Assembly (NCBI GenBank): GCA_025603075.1
Contig: MU626296.1
Location: 75,029-139,028, forward strand
DNA: 64,000 nucleotides
Direction of reading: 5' to 3'
Source: Neoconidiobolus thromboides FSU 785
Taxonomy: Eukaryota; Fungi; Entomophthoromycota
Numbering within the stretch: the first letter of the stretch is position 1; every line of letters begins with the position of its first letter. The translations under genes were made by a program, and so were the position numbers. The notes beneath the pieces are model-generated. The model saw only the letters and a program-made list of their open reading frames with translations. It was not told the DNA's origin and ran no database searches. This document shows, one piece after another, positions 11,558 to 27,359 of the stretch.

Positions 11558-13216
11558 TTATTTTTTCTTTTCATGCAATTCTTCATAAAAGAATGCGTAA
11601 GCTTGATTCACTTTAGTAATAGGTATATTAAATAAAGGATGTATAGGAACCTAAGTATATTGATTGTTATAAACAATAAGTAATAACTCATAAAAGCTTA
11701 CTAAAAGATTCCACCCATTCTCGTCCTTGTTAATTAACTCTGCCTCCCAATTATTTGGTTGAAATTTAATATCTTGCTTTTTGTTCACTATCTTATATTT
11801 ATACTGTGAAAGAGATAAGCCAGAAAGTACATAACATGTATGATAATAATCTACACCTCTAATAAAACAAAAATATATTCGGTAAATTAAACATCTTAAA
11901 ATTAAATATCTTTACTTTCCAGGTTTGTCTCTTAATCCGCCCAAAGGTCCTTGACAAGCATTAAGGATATAAGCTTGAAGTAAATCTAACTATCGCTATA
12001 TAAATGCTTTTATAAATATTGATAGCACTATTACCTCGGTTATATAATTCATTATTATCTGCATGAGTTGATAGTATTGGGAATGTAGCACCTATCCAAA
12101 AAGAGTAACAGCCATCTACCAATTTATTTGTTCTTCCCTGAAAACCTCCTTCTGGGTCCATTTGTCTATTGCAACACCAAGACTAAAATTAAAGATATAA
12201 ACTTATTAACATTATTATACAAATATATACTACCATCAAATAATTTAAGTTAATTCTATCAACTTCGTTTAATAGCTCTAAACTAGCTAAACCACAATAT
12301 GTATACCCACCATGAGACTCTACCCCAGGATAACAACCTAAACCACCATCAAAACCTTGACAACTAATAACAAAAAATTAATAAATAATAAATAAAGTAA
12401 CTTATAAATTACCGTTTGATAAATTGTCCAATATTTTTTAAAAGTATTTCATCATTTAAGTTCAAAAGTGAGCTAACTGATAAAACACAGTAAGCACCTC
12501 TGATATCCACTTCCCCATTAAGTGTCATCAGAAAAGAACCATCATCTTGTTTTAAAGTAAGGAACCATTTATACAACGTTTCCTTATTTATGACATTATA
12601 TGCTTCCTCATTTCCAATTAACATAAGAGAAGAAACAGCGGCATAAGTGGCCGCTAAATGAGATATTTGCCCGGGCCCACCACCAAAACCACCGTCGGGA
12701 TTTTGCATTGTTGCTATTGTTGCTATCACTCTATTTTTATAAAATAAGTTACTGTTATCCTATCTTATCTTTTACTGTACCTCTGTTTTGTTTTCTCATG
12801 AGTTTCGTGTTTAAGTAAATGTAAACTTTGTAACATCCAAAAAATTAGCCAAGGTTGACTAGCATCCAAGCCTGCATAACCTCCAGATAGCTTATTCAAA
12901 CCTCGTAATATATATCTTATGTGCTCATTCCTATCTAGCTTTTTACTAGTTCTAAATAAGCTTTGATTTTAAGAATATACTATTATTTTACTTTGTTTCT
13001 TTTGTTTTTCCATGCATATATGGAAAGATGGCTAACAATGCTTCGTCCTAATGATTTGAATTTGAATTTGAATTTGAATTTGAATTTAATAGAATAAATT
13101 TATTCAATTATTACTTGATTTGTCAAAGTGGTTGATATATTTTCATCGTGTCCTAAGTGTCTGTTAATCTTCCAAGTTTCCGTTCTTTCATCCTTTTCAA
13201 TTTCGTTAAAAAACAT
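11558..13216 (-). CDS. RAM1: Protein farnesyltransferase beta subunit, multi-exon
   Basis: [102 protein letters not shown]. Confidence 0.93.
13055..13084. repeat. (TTTGAA)5 hexanucleotide microsatellite in RAM1 intron 1
   Basis: tttgaa x5 read directly. Confidence 0.9.
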
Positions 13217-13575
13217 TCTGATTTATTTAAAGCAAAGATAATATATATAAAAACTATTTTTATAATAACGCAAACAGCAAATAAATTCTTGAAATTTTAT
13301 CTAATTACGTATAATCAATCTATCAAGAAAAATAAATAATATTTTAGATTAAAATCAAATTAAATATTTTGTTCCAAATAATATTCTTAAACAATGAATA
13401 TAGCCTTTGTTATATGTTTAAAATATTAATTTAAAATGTTAATTTAAAATATCAAAACCAAAAGCTAAATTATATGAATTGTATTAGTCATACTATTTAT
13501 TATTTTTAATTGAAATACAATATGTTTCTGTAAAATAATATATTTAACCTTGATGCCAATTGATAACTATGTAAC

Positions 13576-16305
<2,730 letters not shown>

Positions 16306-16656
16306 AGCTTACAAATCTTTCAAGAACTTTTTTCACTACCTGATTTGAATAAGTTAAAAATGAATCTTAAGCAATTTGATTTTCTATCCCTGTTTTTATT
16401 GATCCATTTATTTATCAAAAATCCCATAAAATTTGTTTATTAACTATGTTAAATATTATTTTAAATTATTTAATATTTATAGAACACACATTACAATAGG
16501 AAAAAAGTCAAAATCATACTAGTTTGAAATTGTAACATATCAATATGCATATGTCAAATTTTACTTTGAAAATCATAAATCATGATATTTTTATTTAAAA
16601 AAGATATTAGATCATTAATATAAGTAAACTTAATATAAACAAATTGAATAAAAAAA

Positions 16657-16761
16657 ATATAGATATTTTGTTTGGCTTCATCACTTCTTCTATCTTTTAA
16701 GTACTATTTAAGCGAAAAAATTGTTAGTAAAATCCTTAAATATAAAACTACATCTCCATAT
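16657..16761 (+). mobile_element. MITE family A copy
   Basis: ...tttggcttcatcacttcttctatcttttaagtactatttaagcgaaaaaattgttagtaaaatccttaaatataaaactACATCTCCatat. Confidence 0.75.
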
Positions 16762-17561
16762 ATATTTTTTAGCATAAAGTAGCAAAGCAGTGATTAGTTA
16801 TAGTAAACTAAAAATATGAGATAACAATAGTATCAGATATGAAAAAACAATTTCAGATGTTTTATTATAGAAATTTATAATATCCCTTTTATTATTGCTA
16901 TGAAAATACTTTAATTCTACATTTTGTATTTTTTTATAACTAACTATTGAAAAAACTCTTCTAATAACAGTAACCAATATTCTATCAAAAAATCCATAAA
17001 AACTTGATAAAACAATATAATAGTTGGTTCCTTGATTGTCATTAAAATTGTATAACAAATAAATTAAAAATACTGCACTTATTTAGTTATGAGGAATTCT
17101 TAAATTTTTATCGATTATTTAATATAAGCATGTTAATTGCAGCCCTCGATCGAGGCGATTTGATAAGTCTAGAATATAAATTAAAATCTTTGCTTTAATA
17201 AATGTATACTAATTCCCATATAAAATAATACTCAATATCTAAATAAAAAATTAAAGTTTGCTTTTTGCCTATTTAGTGAAATTAAAATATTTACTAAATA
17301 TAGAATATAAATTGCTAAAAATTTATTTACAAATCTAAAACATTTTAGTTTTTTAAAATTGTTTTAAATTATAAAACGTAATTGGAGATAGGTTCCACTT
17401 AAAATAATCAAAAAATCAATTGAAATTTAAATAACTAAATATACTTTATTTTTACAACTTTACTAAGTTATGTTATTTAAAGTGTGATTGAAAAATAAAC
17501 ACATGAAATCTTTATTATAATTGAAACAGCTAAATAATAAATAAATAATAAAATGTCATTA

Positions 17562-18533
17562 TTATACATATGAGTTAATACTATTAGAATCAATAGAACG
17601 ATTTAAAGTGTGATTCGATTTAATACCAATAAAACGCAAAAAGCTATCTTTGCTTTCTTCATGTAATGTAACAACAAAAATTCCGTTTACTAAAGTGACT
17701 GAAAATAAAAACAACATTACAATGCCATCAGCTAACCCTAACCTTGGTTGTTGAGTAAATGTAGTATAGAGAAATAATATAAATTCAGGACATAAACATA
17801 TTAAATAGAAGATGATTACTATTAAAAATTTAAGGATGGTACTGTCAAAGAATCTTTTCTTAATACTTTTTTTATATGCTATTGTTTCGATTCCAGTATT
17901 TAAACTGTCGATTAACTTTCTATAATGATTGAGTACTAATAAATAACATATCGGAATCAAAAAGACAGTTGGGATAACAAAAAACAAGATCATAAAATTG
18001 AAAAATTTAATTGTAATTGTATTCCTATTCCCCGGTAAACAGTAGATACCAGATGGCATCAAAATTAAGTTAGTGGTAAATGCGGCGACACAAATAATAG
18101 AATAAAGTAATACCAAAGATATTGTTATAATTATGACAAATCTTTTATTAGATATATGATAATTTTTGACTATAATCAAATATCTTACTAAGCTTAATAT
18201 TCCTGTAACAATGATTGATATAAAAGTAGCTGAAATAAAGATCAATAGGCTAAAATTACAGAATATTGAAGTTGTAGTAATTTCATCCCCTATACTCCAT
18301 TTTATTATTTGAGTTATAATTAAAAACAAGGACCCTATACTATCTAATATAGCAATTATACTAATCAAAATTGAATCTATTGCTAAAAATTTATTTCTAT
18401 TAAATAGTGTTAAATAAGCAATAACAGTATTCAAGGCAAATGAAAGTATGGCGATTACAAATAACACAATATCTACTCCAATCCATGGTTCCACTACTCC
18501 TATTTTTGTGTTTGCAAAGTTGGTGTCTTGCAT
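17562..18533 (-). CDS. Intronless 7TM class-A (rhodopsin-like) GPCR-like protein, 323 aa
   Basis: Seven hydrophobic segments; TM3 Cys (CNFS), SLVRYLIIV (DRY-like), ECL2 PSGIYCLP, TM6 CLCPEF, TM7 SVTLVN. Confidence 0.85.
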   Translation of the reverse strand: MQDTNFANTKIGVVEPWIGVDIVLFVIAILSFALNTVIAYLTLFNRNKFLAIDSILISIIAILDSIGSLFLIITQIIKWSIGDEITTTSIFCNFSLLIFISATFISIIVTGILSLVRYLIIVKNYHISNKRFVIIITISLVLLYSIICVAAFTTNLILMPSGIYCLPGNRNTITIKFFNFMILFFVIPTVFLIPICYLLVLNHYRKLIDSLNTGIETIAYKKSIKKRFFDSTILKFLIVIIFYLICLCPEFILFLYTTFTQQPRLGLADGIVMLFLFSVTLVNGIFVVTLHEESKDSFLRFIGIKSNHTLNRSIDSNSINSYV

Positions 18534-20222
18534 TTAATAATTAAAAATAAAAAGAGATAAAAAACAAAAATGTTAAAAAGTAGAAAAAATACAAAACATT
18601 AGTTTGAAACCTTGAAAGTACATTACATTACATTTTAAATAATTATTTATGAATACAGTTACTGCAATTCTATTGCGACTTGATTAGATGTTTATTTAAC
18701 AATATTTTTTTATCAGAGTTAGAGCAAAATGACGAATTAGATGACAAAAAATTCAATAAACAAATAATTAACTCTAAAAGCCATAGCAAATCAGGTTGTA
18801 GTAGAGTTAGAGTAGTTGTAATCATTTAGTTTTTTATAGGGTGAAGAATAAAGGCTAGAACAGAACCATTTTATTTTTCATTGGTAAAGCTTACTTGTTT
18901 TAGCCTGCAATCAGTAGTTTAAATTAACTGAAATCTTACAACTTACTCTAAGTAAGTTTAATAAATTAGAGAATGATTTTATTGGCGATTTTATGGTATT
19001 TGAATTTCCAAAACTTTGAAGCCAAAGACTCCTAAATATCTTATTTAGAAGAAAATTTGATAAGGAAAGGAGGGAGAAATGATTATCTAGCAAAAGATAA
19101 TTAGCACTTGATTTTTTGAGGTAAAAGTTCAAATTAAACAAGATTGTTTGAATTTTTAATACTTTTATCTATTTAATATTCTATTTCACTAATACAATAT
19201 GTTTGTGTATTATATTGTGTACATATAAAAAGATTGTAAATCAAAAAATAGAAGCAAAGTGCTATAGATATAACCCAATATGTAGACAATATATAAATTA
19301 GATAATTTATATAACCTCATAATTGTTTATTAAGTTTAAAAAATATCTGTTATTCTGTGTAATTATAGAATCTAATATTATATCAAGTTGATAAACATAA
19401 TATTAGATCTATCTTTAACTTTTAACAAAATAAACCTGTTTTATTATTATAAAAATAAAGATATAAAAAGCAATTAACTTAAGCTTAATTTATTATTTAT
19501 TATCTCATTCTATACTTTAATCTATGATATAAATAAAATAAATCTTAAAACTTCATCTTCTTTAAAATATGTAATACAATAACTCGGTATAATCCACATT
19601 AATTAAAACTACGCTATAATTTATTACTGTTACCATAGTCTTTGAACCTCTTATTTACCTAATAATTTTATTGGGATTTGAGTTAATACTAAAAAAGTAT
19701 AAAAATTAAAATAGTAGTTTTGCCTTATCTATTGAAACAATAATTAGTAAAATAAAAATATGATATATTATAATGTAGTGAAGTATAACATACTATATGA
19801 TAAGTCACACTATCATAGATTACTAATTTATAAGAAGTAGCTAACCTGCTTTGACTATTTTAGAATAAACTAAAAATAACTCTAATAGAGTGATTAATGA
19901 TATTGTTTTAATACTACATAATTTAAGATATTGATGAATACAAACATAACATGATTTGATAAAATATAAAAAACAAGGACAAATAAAGGTTAATTGAATA
20001 TAGAAATGGATGGTGCATGTCAGTACCAAATTAAGTCTACTTAATTAAGTAGTTTAAAACTACTAACCAATAAAAGTGAGTTTAAAACCTAATGACTTAG
20101 AATCATTATTTTTTTCTAAGAATATAATTCAACCATAGTAAGATTATTAAATTATTATCAATTTTATTATATAAAATTTCATTAAGATTTTATAGTTATT
20201 TTTTATTTCTTTCATTGATAAA

Positions 20223-21203
20223 ATGGATTCCATCAAGGACTACGGTGTAAATAGAAGAGACAAACATTTCGGTCCCTTAGAAATCTATCCTGCAGTCGAT
20301 GCAATTGCTTTCATTGTTGCAATCCTTTCAATTCTTTCAAATGCTTTATTGTTTTATATCACCTGCTTTAGAAGGAAGTTCAACTTTGCTATTGATTCCA
20401 TTATGGTCACTTTCATTGCTGTTTTTGATTTAATCGTTAGTGTGTTTATGTTTATAAGTCTTATCTTTAAATGGGCCACTGATAATGTTTATACAAAAGA
20501 TCAATCTTATTGGTGTCATATGTCTTCTATTTTATTTGGTAGTACTACATTCGCTACTTTAACATTAGTTGCTCTATTTGCAGTGTTGAGGTATTTAGTT
20601 ATTGTAAAGGGATATAGAATACATTCTATGACATCAGTAATTGCATCTATAATACTTATTGGTTCTACATGGGCTATATTCTTAGAAAGGTCGTTCTCTT
20701 CAAGTCGATTGAAAGTTAATCCATCAGGTTTATATTGTGTTCCACAGATGTGGGGTCGAGATTGGGATGATCGAGTCCTTGCCTTTTATTTATTAATCAT
20801 AACGGTGCCTTCAATAATCATGATCCCATTATTTAATTCTTTAGTTGCAGTCCATTATGGTAAAATAGTTAAAGAAATGGGTAGAGAAAGTAAAATACCA
20901 GGTATTGGAAAACTTAGGTCTAATGTTATTAAATTATTTATAATAGTATTTGCTTATACTATTACCACGTTACCTGAATTTATATCTGTAATATATGTTG
21001 TTATAACAGATGGAATAAGGTATTCACTACTCGATGGTATAGTGATAACCTTGTTTTTCTCTGTTACACTTGTCAATTCTTTTTTTACCCTCTTTTTACA
21101 TGATGACACTAAACGAGAATTGTATGATATGCTTGGATATGGAATGAGCCATTTTGAATCGTTTAAAATGGATAGAACTGACTCTGATTCTGAAATATGT
21201 TAG
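20223..21203 (+). CDS. Intronless 7TM class-A (rhodopsin-like) GPCR-like protein, 326 aa, paralogue of 17562-18533
   Basis: TM3 Cys (WCHMS), AVLRYLVIV, ECL2 PSGLYCVP, TM6 TTLPEF, TM7 DGIVITLFFSVTLVN; shares AIDSI and DGIV..LF.SVTLVN....LH with the neighbour. Confidence 0.85.
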   Translation: MDSIKDYGVNRRDKHFGPLEIYPAVDAIAFIVAILSILSNALLFYITCFRRKFNFAIDSIMVTFIAVFDLIVSVFMFISLIFKWATDNVYTKDQSYWCHMSSILFGSTTFATLTLVALFAVLRYLVIVKGYRIHSMTSVIASIILIGSTWAIFLERSFSSSRLKVNPSGLYCVPQMWGRDWDDRVLAFYLLIITVPSIIMIPLFNSLVAVHYGKIVKEMGRESKIPGIGKLRSNVIKLFIIVFAYTITTLPEFISVIYVVITDGIRYSLLDGIVITLFFSVTLVNSFFTLFLHDDTKRELYDMLGYGMSHFESFKMDRTDSDSEIC

Positions 21204-21745
21204 TTATAAATAATAATGTAATCAATTAAAAATTAATATTTGTTTTTGTATTAATAAAATACATGCCTACCCAGATTTGATTTATAGCTTAATTTTAATG
21301 TATAAATATTGCCAAAAACAAATAATATAGATTGGAGTTATTTATCAATCTTAATAATTTTACTTTTATATCAAAACTTCAATTCCGGATTATTAATAGT
21401 AATAATGATAATAAAATACAGATTAAATAATTTTGATAACAAATTTATTTTAAAAATATAATATTTATAATTATTAATTTTATAAATTATTAACCAAATT
21501 AATATTTCAATAATGTCTTAAACTAAATAATATACTTTTGCTATTTAATATAAGCTAAAACTGACTAAAAAGTCTCGCATAAACAAGTGTAAGATTCCGA
21601 TCATCAATTCCTAATTTGGCCAATTTAGAGGGAAAAATAAAATCATAGATAATAAAAAGTTGGCTTAAAAGCATGAAAGAGAAAGTTAGTGGAACAAAAT
21701 CTTCATAATAAAGAAGAATCTTTTTTATTTTTTTTTGAAAAAAAG

Positions 21746-24511
21746 ATGTTGCAACCAACTGATGACCCAAGAATAACTGCCACCACACCATTATTAATTA
21801 ATAATGAATTTCGTACTAGTTATAACGATGAAACTGTGACATCAAGTAGAAACTCATTTACACCACCAGAAATGTTGTCAGATGAACAAAAGATGGCTAG
21901 TTATGGTCCAATAAAAAGATTTTTAATAAAATTGATGACGGTAAACTATAAGTATCAAGTAAAAATAACTTAAATTTTAATATTTTATATAGTTAGAAGG
22001 CTTTAGAACAGTAAGATTATCTTTACAAAGCGTTGGTGTAATTTATGGTAATATTATTTAGCAACTGATTTTTGATTTTTTAATATATGTCTTTAGGTGA
22101 CATCGGAACAAGTCCATTGTATGTATTTTCAACTATATTTAATGGTCATAATAGCCCGACTGAAGTTGAAATTTATGGTGCAGTATCCTTAATATTTTGG
22201 TCTTTATGTTTAATTTTTATACTAAAATATGTCACTATTGTATTATTTGCTGATGATAATGGTGAAGGAGGTACCTTTGCTTTATACTCTTTGATTTGTC
22301 GGTAATTTTAGTTAAATCATTTTTGTCTTGTTTTTTTATTATTATTATTATAGTTATTGTAATATTGTGCCACGTGGAACTCAACACGATTCAGATTTAG
22401 CTCTTACACATTATGACACCGATGACTTTACTTATTTTACACCGAATGACGCCTATGTTCCATGGCAAAACAAGGTCAAAAAGCTTATAAGTAAGAGTAG
22501 CCTATTTCGCTCTGGTTTACTGTTGGTTGTTTTATTTGGTACTTCATTGGTAATGGGAGACGGTATATTAACGCCAGCTGTTTCTGGTAATTCAAATAAT
22601 ATGTTGTTATAGTTACAATTTAATCTTGTTTAGTATTATCTGCTGTCGAAGGCGTACAAATTGCTTTTCCACAAATGGGGAGTTACATTGTACCTATAAC
22701 AGTTGTTATTATTTTGTTCTTGTTCTTAGGTCAAAGATTGGGAACAAGTAAAGTCTCTAAATTTTTTGCGCCTGTGATTATAGTTTGGTTATTGAGTATT
22801 GCTAGTATAGGTGCTTATAATATTTCATTTAATCCAAAAATACTAAATGCGATCTCACCTTATTACGCTTTAAAATATTTTGAAGTACGTGGTTATCAAG
22901 GTTGGGAATCATTAGGCGGTATTTTATTGTGTATATCAGGTAGTTTAAGAATGCTCTATTTTATTACTTTATTAACCCTTTTTAGGTGTTGAAGCTTTAT
23001 TCGCTGATTTAGGTCATTTTAATAGAATTTCAATAAGATTATCTGCTACTTCAATTGTCTTTCCATGTTTATTATTAACTTACTTTGGACAGGCTGCACA
23101 GATATCTTTAAATCCATCAGTTGTAAGCAATGCATTTTGGTTAACTGTACCAACCCAAGTGTTTTGGCCAATGTTAATTATAGCTACTTGTGCTGCAGTA
23201 GTTGCATCTCAAGCTATGGTTTCTGCAGCATTTTCAATTATTCATCAAGCTATGGCATTAGCATGCTTTCCCAAAGTTAATATTGTCCATACTAGTAGAA
23301 AAATTCATGGACAAGTTTTTGTTCCTGAAGTTAGTGCTATTCTTATGATACTTTCCATCTCTTTAGTCATTATCTTCCAAGAATCTACAAGTTTAACAGC
23401 TGCTTATGGACTTGCTTCATGTATGTTAATGTTCCTTACAACCTGTTTAATCAGTTTAGTTATGATAGTGGTTTGGAAACTTAACTTTATTTTAGTTTTC
23501 AGTTTTTTCCTCATCTTTTTTTCAATCGATCTAGCATTTCTTTCTTCAACCCTTTTAAAACTAATGTCAGGCGGATGGATTCCATTAGCATTTGCTTTCT
23601 TTTTTTCTATTATAATGAATGTTTGGCGATGGGGAACAGATTTAAAACATAGAGCAATCGTAGATTCTCAAGTTTCTCTTGATTCTTTACTTTACGACCC
23701 TGTACCTTCAAGCACTCCTACTCATCTCCCATCAACAGATGACATACTAAAATGTGCACCAAACAATTCATGGTCAAATGGATGGTTATTGAAAACGTCT
23801 AATGAACCACAACCAGTAGCAAGGGTACCTGGACTTGCATTATTTTATTCAGAAGCAGAAACCAATGTTCCTGCTGTATTCAAACATACTTTGAATTGTT
23901 TTTCTGCTGTACCTGAAGTTGTAGTTTTTGTAACTATAAGGCATATTGTAGTACCTACTGTTTTACCACATGAAAGATTTCTTCTCACTAGATTGTCTAT
24001 TCGCGGTTTTTACCGTTGTGTTGCAAGATATGGATATATGGATGTCATAGAACGTGGGGATGAATTTGTTAGTTTATTAACGGACCAACTAACAGGGAAC
24101 ATCCAAGAATCATTAATTAAATTAAAAAGAAAAGAAGAAGAAATAAACAAGATTGTAGAGAATAATTTTAATCCAGAAGACATAAGTAATAAAAAGGATG
24201 TAAATCCAAGAATAAGTTTAAATTACCCGTCTGGGCTAGAAGTTCAATTTTCCAATTTAAGCAAAAAATCTCCTACTCAACAACGTATTCTGTCACTTGA
24301 AATGGAGATGGATATACTAGAGTCTGCTTTAAGGCATGGTGCTACCTTTGTGTTAGGCAAAAATTTAGTAAAAGCCAAAGAAAAATCACCAGTGTTACAC
24401 AAACTAGGGTTGAACTATATCTATAGTTTCTTATCTAACAACGATCGTTCCTTTTCACTTAAAACAACACCATCTAAAACCATTCAAGTCGGTATTCCTC
24501 TTAGAGTATAG
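21746..24511 (+). CDS. KUP/HAK/KT family potassium transporter, multi-exon
   Basis: [106 protein letters not shown]. Confidence 0.95.
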
Positions 24512-25023
24512 AAGCTTATTTTATTAAATGCTATATATTTTATTTGTACATTTTAGATAAAAATAAAAATTTAATAAATTCAATTGACATAAAAAATAAT
24601 TAAAGTAGTTTTATATTTAATTTCAAAAGAGCAATTTTTTTTAGATTACTCATCCATATGGAAGATTTGGTTTATTTAAGACAATGGAGAGCATCAATAT
24701 ACGATACCTAAAGGAAGTCTAGAGATTCAAAAGATTCAGGATTCTTTAACAGGTAAGGCAGAACGTAACGCTTTGATCAGTAACTCCTTTTTTAATAGTC
24801 AAACTACCCTATGATCTGTTCAAGATTTGAATTTGAACCTTGGCTGAAGAAGGGAGCATACTACTACTGGGTCACCTTTCCCCAAAATAATAAATATTTA
24901 GTTTGATTATCTAATATCAATTTTATAATAAACTTTATAATTTTACCTCATAATGTTTTAAAAATAAATATACTTATAAGCAATAATAATAAAATGATGA
25001 CTTTACATTTTCCTAAAGTAACT

Positions 25024-25130
25024 ATATGGGGGTGTTTTTTTTGACTTCATTATTTTTTCCATTTTTCAAGCGATATTTAAGTGGAAAATTTGTTAGTAAA
25101 ATTTTTAAACATAAAAATACATCCCCATAT
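25024..25130 (+). mobile_element. MITE family A copy (near-consensus)
   Basis: atatGGGGGTGT...ACATCCCCatat with the full internal core. Confidence 0.88.
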
Positions 25131-25214
25131 GTTAAGTTGTCTATACAAAAATTAAATGTTAATGTATTTGATAAATAAAAAGATTAATCTTAAATATGTT
25201 TATTTAGTAATAAT

Positions 25215-26000
25215 TTAATTCAATGTTACAGTTTGAGATGTAGTAGTAGCAGTGGCAGCTAATTTTAATTTGAAATAATCTTTATGAAGCCCACATTCTG
25301 TTTTAGTTTGATTAGCCCATCTGCCAGAACGCTCATCATTTTTATCTTTAGAAGGTGTTGTAGAATGATAATCTCCAATAGAAAGATAACCTTGATCTAA
25401 TAGTGGATTATATGGGACATTATTACGTTTTACGTATTCTTCTACTTGACTAAAAGTCCAATTTGCTAATGGATTAATTTTTAATAAACCAGTAGTATCT
25501 AACTCTAAAATAGGAATTGAACTACGTTGCCCATGTTGAGATCTACGCCTACCAGTGAATACTGCGCTGACATTTAATTCATTATAAGCACGATGAGCAG
25601 GTTCAACTTTAACTAAATAATCGTATTGATCTTCATTAGACTTCCAAAGTTGAGCACCATATTTTGATTCAAAATCACTTCGATTATTTACTTTATTTGG
25701 CTTATAAATGTTTATAGTAGCATTGTATTTTTGCTTTACTTTATTTACCAATTGTAACGTTTCTTCAAAATGATATAAAGTATCTATAAATATTAAGTCA
25801 ATTGGATGTTTGTCTGATTTATTATACTTCGAAATGATATCAGTGATAACTAACCCTGTTAACCCAAACGCTGTAGTTTGATAAAGATTTGGCAAGGTAG
25901 TGATACTCCATTCAATGATTTTTTCAGGGCTTAAATCATTTAATTGTTGATTTAAATAAGATAAATGTTCTTTTGTAAACAAAGTTTGATTCAATGCCAT
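25215..26000 (-). CDS. MET16: Phosphoadenosine phosphosulfate (PAPS) reductase, intronless
   Basis: QTTAFGLTGLV, FIDTLYHFEET, YDYLVKVEP, FTGRRRSQ, KINPLANW, PYNPLLDQGYLSIGDYHST, ERSGRW...KTECGLH. Confidence 0.97.
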   Translation of the reverse strand: MALNQTLFTKEHLSYLNQQLNDLSPEKIIEWSITTLPNLYQTTAFGLTGLVITDIISKYNKSDKHPIDLIFIDTLYHFEETLQLVNKVKQKYNATINIYKPNKVNNRSDFESKYGAQLWKSNEDQYDYLVKVEPAHRAYNELNVSAVFTGRRRSQHGQRSSIPILELDTTGLLKINPLANWTFSQVEEYVKRNNVPYNPLLDQGYLSIGDYHSTTPSKDKNDERSGRWANQTKTECGLHKDYFKLKLAATATTTSQTVTLN

Positions 26001-26498
26001 GTTAGAGAGATTGTAAATAATACTAACTATATGTTATTTTTAAATAATATAGAATATAATAAACAAATTTAATCTAAACTCTAGTTTATTTATATTTTTT
26101 ATTTATTAGTAATAATTTTCATTTGATGCCATAATGTATTAAAAGCACGCAATCTATAAACGCTATAATTATAATCAATCAACTTTGATTCATTTGAAGT
26201 TAGGAGGGTATTAAAAGCATAATAGATCATATTTCATCATCTTAAACAAATATTAGCAATCTGTCTTATGTTTATCTTTCTTTTTAAAAGCCATGTTATA
26301 ACTGTTTTCATTAATAATAGTTAATTAATAATATAGTGTCATTAATAATAGCACTATAGCAATACGTAGAACTGTTATATAAAGTAAGTGGGTTTGTGGT
26401 ATTATAAAATGTAATATAAACTATAATATTTATAAACTATAATCTAACTATTTTGAATATTTTGAATTAGTTAGTGGTTATAGCTATAAGCAGCAAAT

Positions 26499-26606
26499 AG
26501 ATGGGGCTATATTTTTATGCTCAAGAGTTTTGCTATCAATTTTTCTGCTCAAATAGCGCTTAAAAGATGGAAAAAGTGATGAAGTCAAAAAAAACATCCT
26601 CAGATA
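26499..26606 (-). mobile_element. MITE family A copy (reverse)
   Basis: atGGGGCTAT...gctcaaatagcgcttaaaagatggaaaaagtgatgaagtcaaaaaaaACATCCTC. Confidence 0.8.
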
Positions 26607-27359
26607 ACTGTAGTAAATATACTAAAAAGCACTATAGGAATACCAACTCAAATAAATATTAACTTTGTATTTTTACTATATTTTTATGAATAATTTTTTA
26701 ATATAATATCATTAAAACCTAAACAATGACACTTGAACTTACAAAACGCTTGCTTTTTACAAAAAGTTTAAGTTTTTCATTTTATAATATCAAATGTGTT
26801 AAAAACTAATAATAATTTTAATAATGTATGCGCCTGTCAATTTATATCTATTACATAATAATAGATTTTGTGCGAATTTAACCAAAATTTATATCGATAA
26901 AAAACTACATGTTTTATTGGTCTTTATTTACTACTAAAGTTTATAAATAAAATTAATATTTAAAAAAACAACTGGTATTCAAATAGCTATAAAATGATTC
27001 TGACTCCAGGTATATACAACCGAACTATTGACAATATTCAGAATTATCTACGAAATAAAGCATATGATAGAAACATGTATTGTTATGAGTTTATTTGTAT
27101 ATTAATGGGAGGTCTTGGCAAAGCTTTATAGAATTGAAGATTCTACGACTGCTTTGATTTTTATAAAGTACTTGAAGTTTCATTTAAAAAATTCAAATAT
27201 TTGATAGCTTTTCAAAAAGCGAGTTAAATTTTAATTGTTGACTATTGAAAAAAATCAAAACTATGCACAAAATAATTTGATAATTTCACCAAAAATATAA
27301 AATTAATAAATAGTAAGGGGAAATTCAATTAGTAATGAATAGTTGCTTATATTTTAATA

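Noticed and set aside
16798-17058. 86-aa ORF next to a MITE
   Set aside because: AT-biased composition, TTG start, no motif.
18911-19151. 76-aa minus ORF and a plus-strand frame with four stops that vaguely resembles a LINE RT tail
   Set aside because: Resemblance too weak to support; needs BLASTX.
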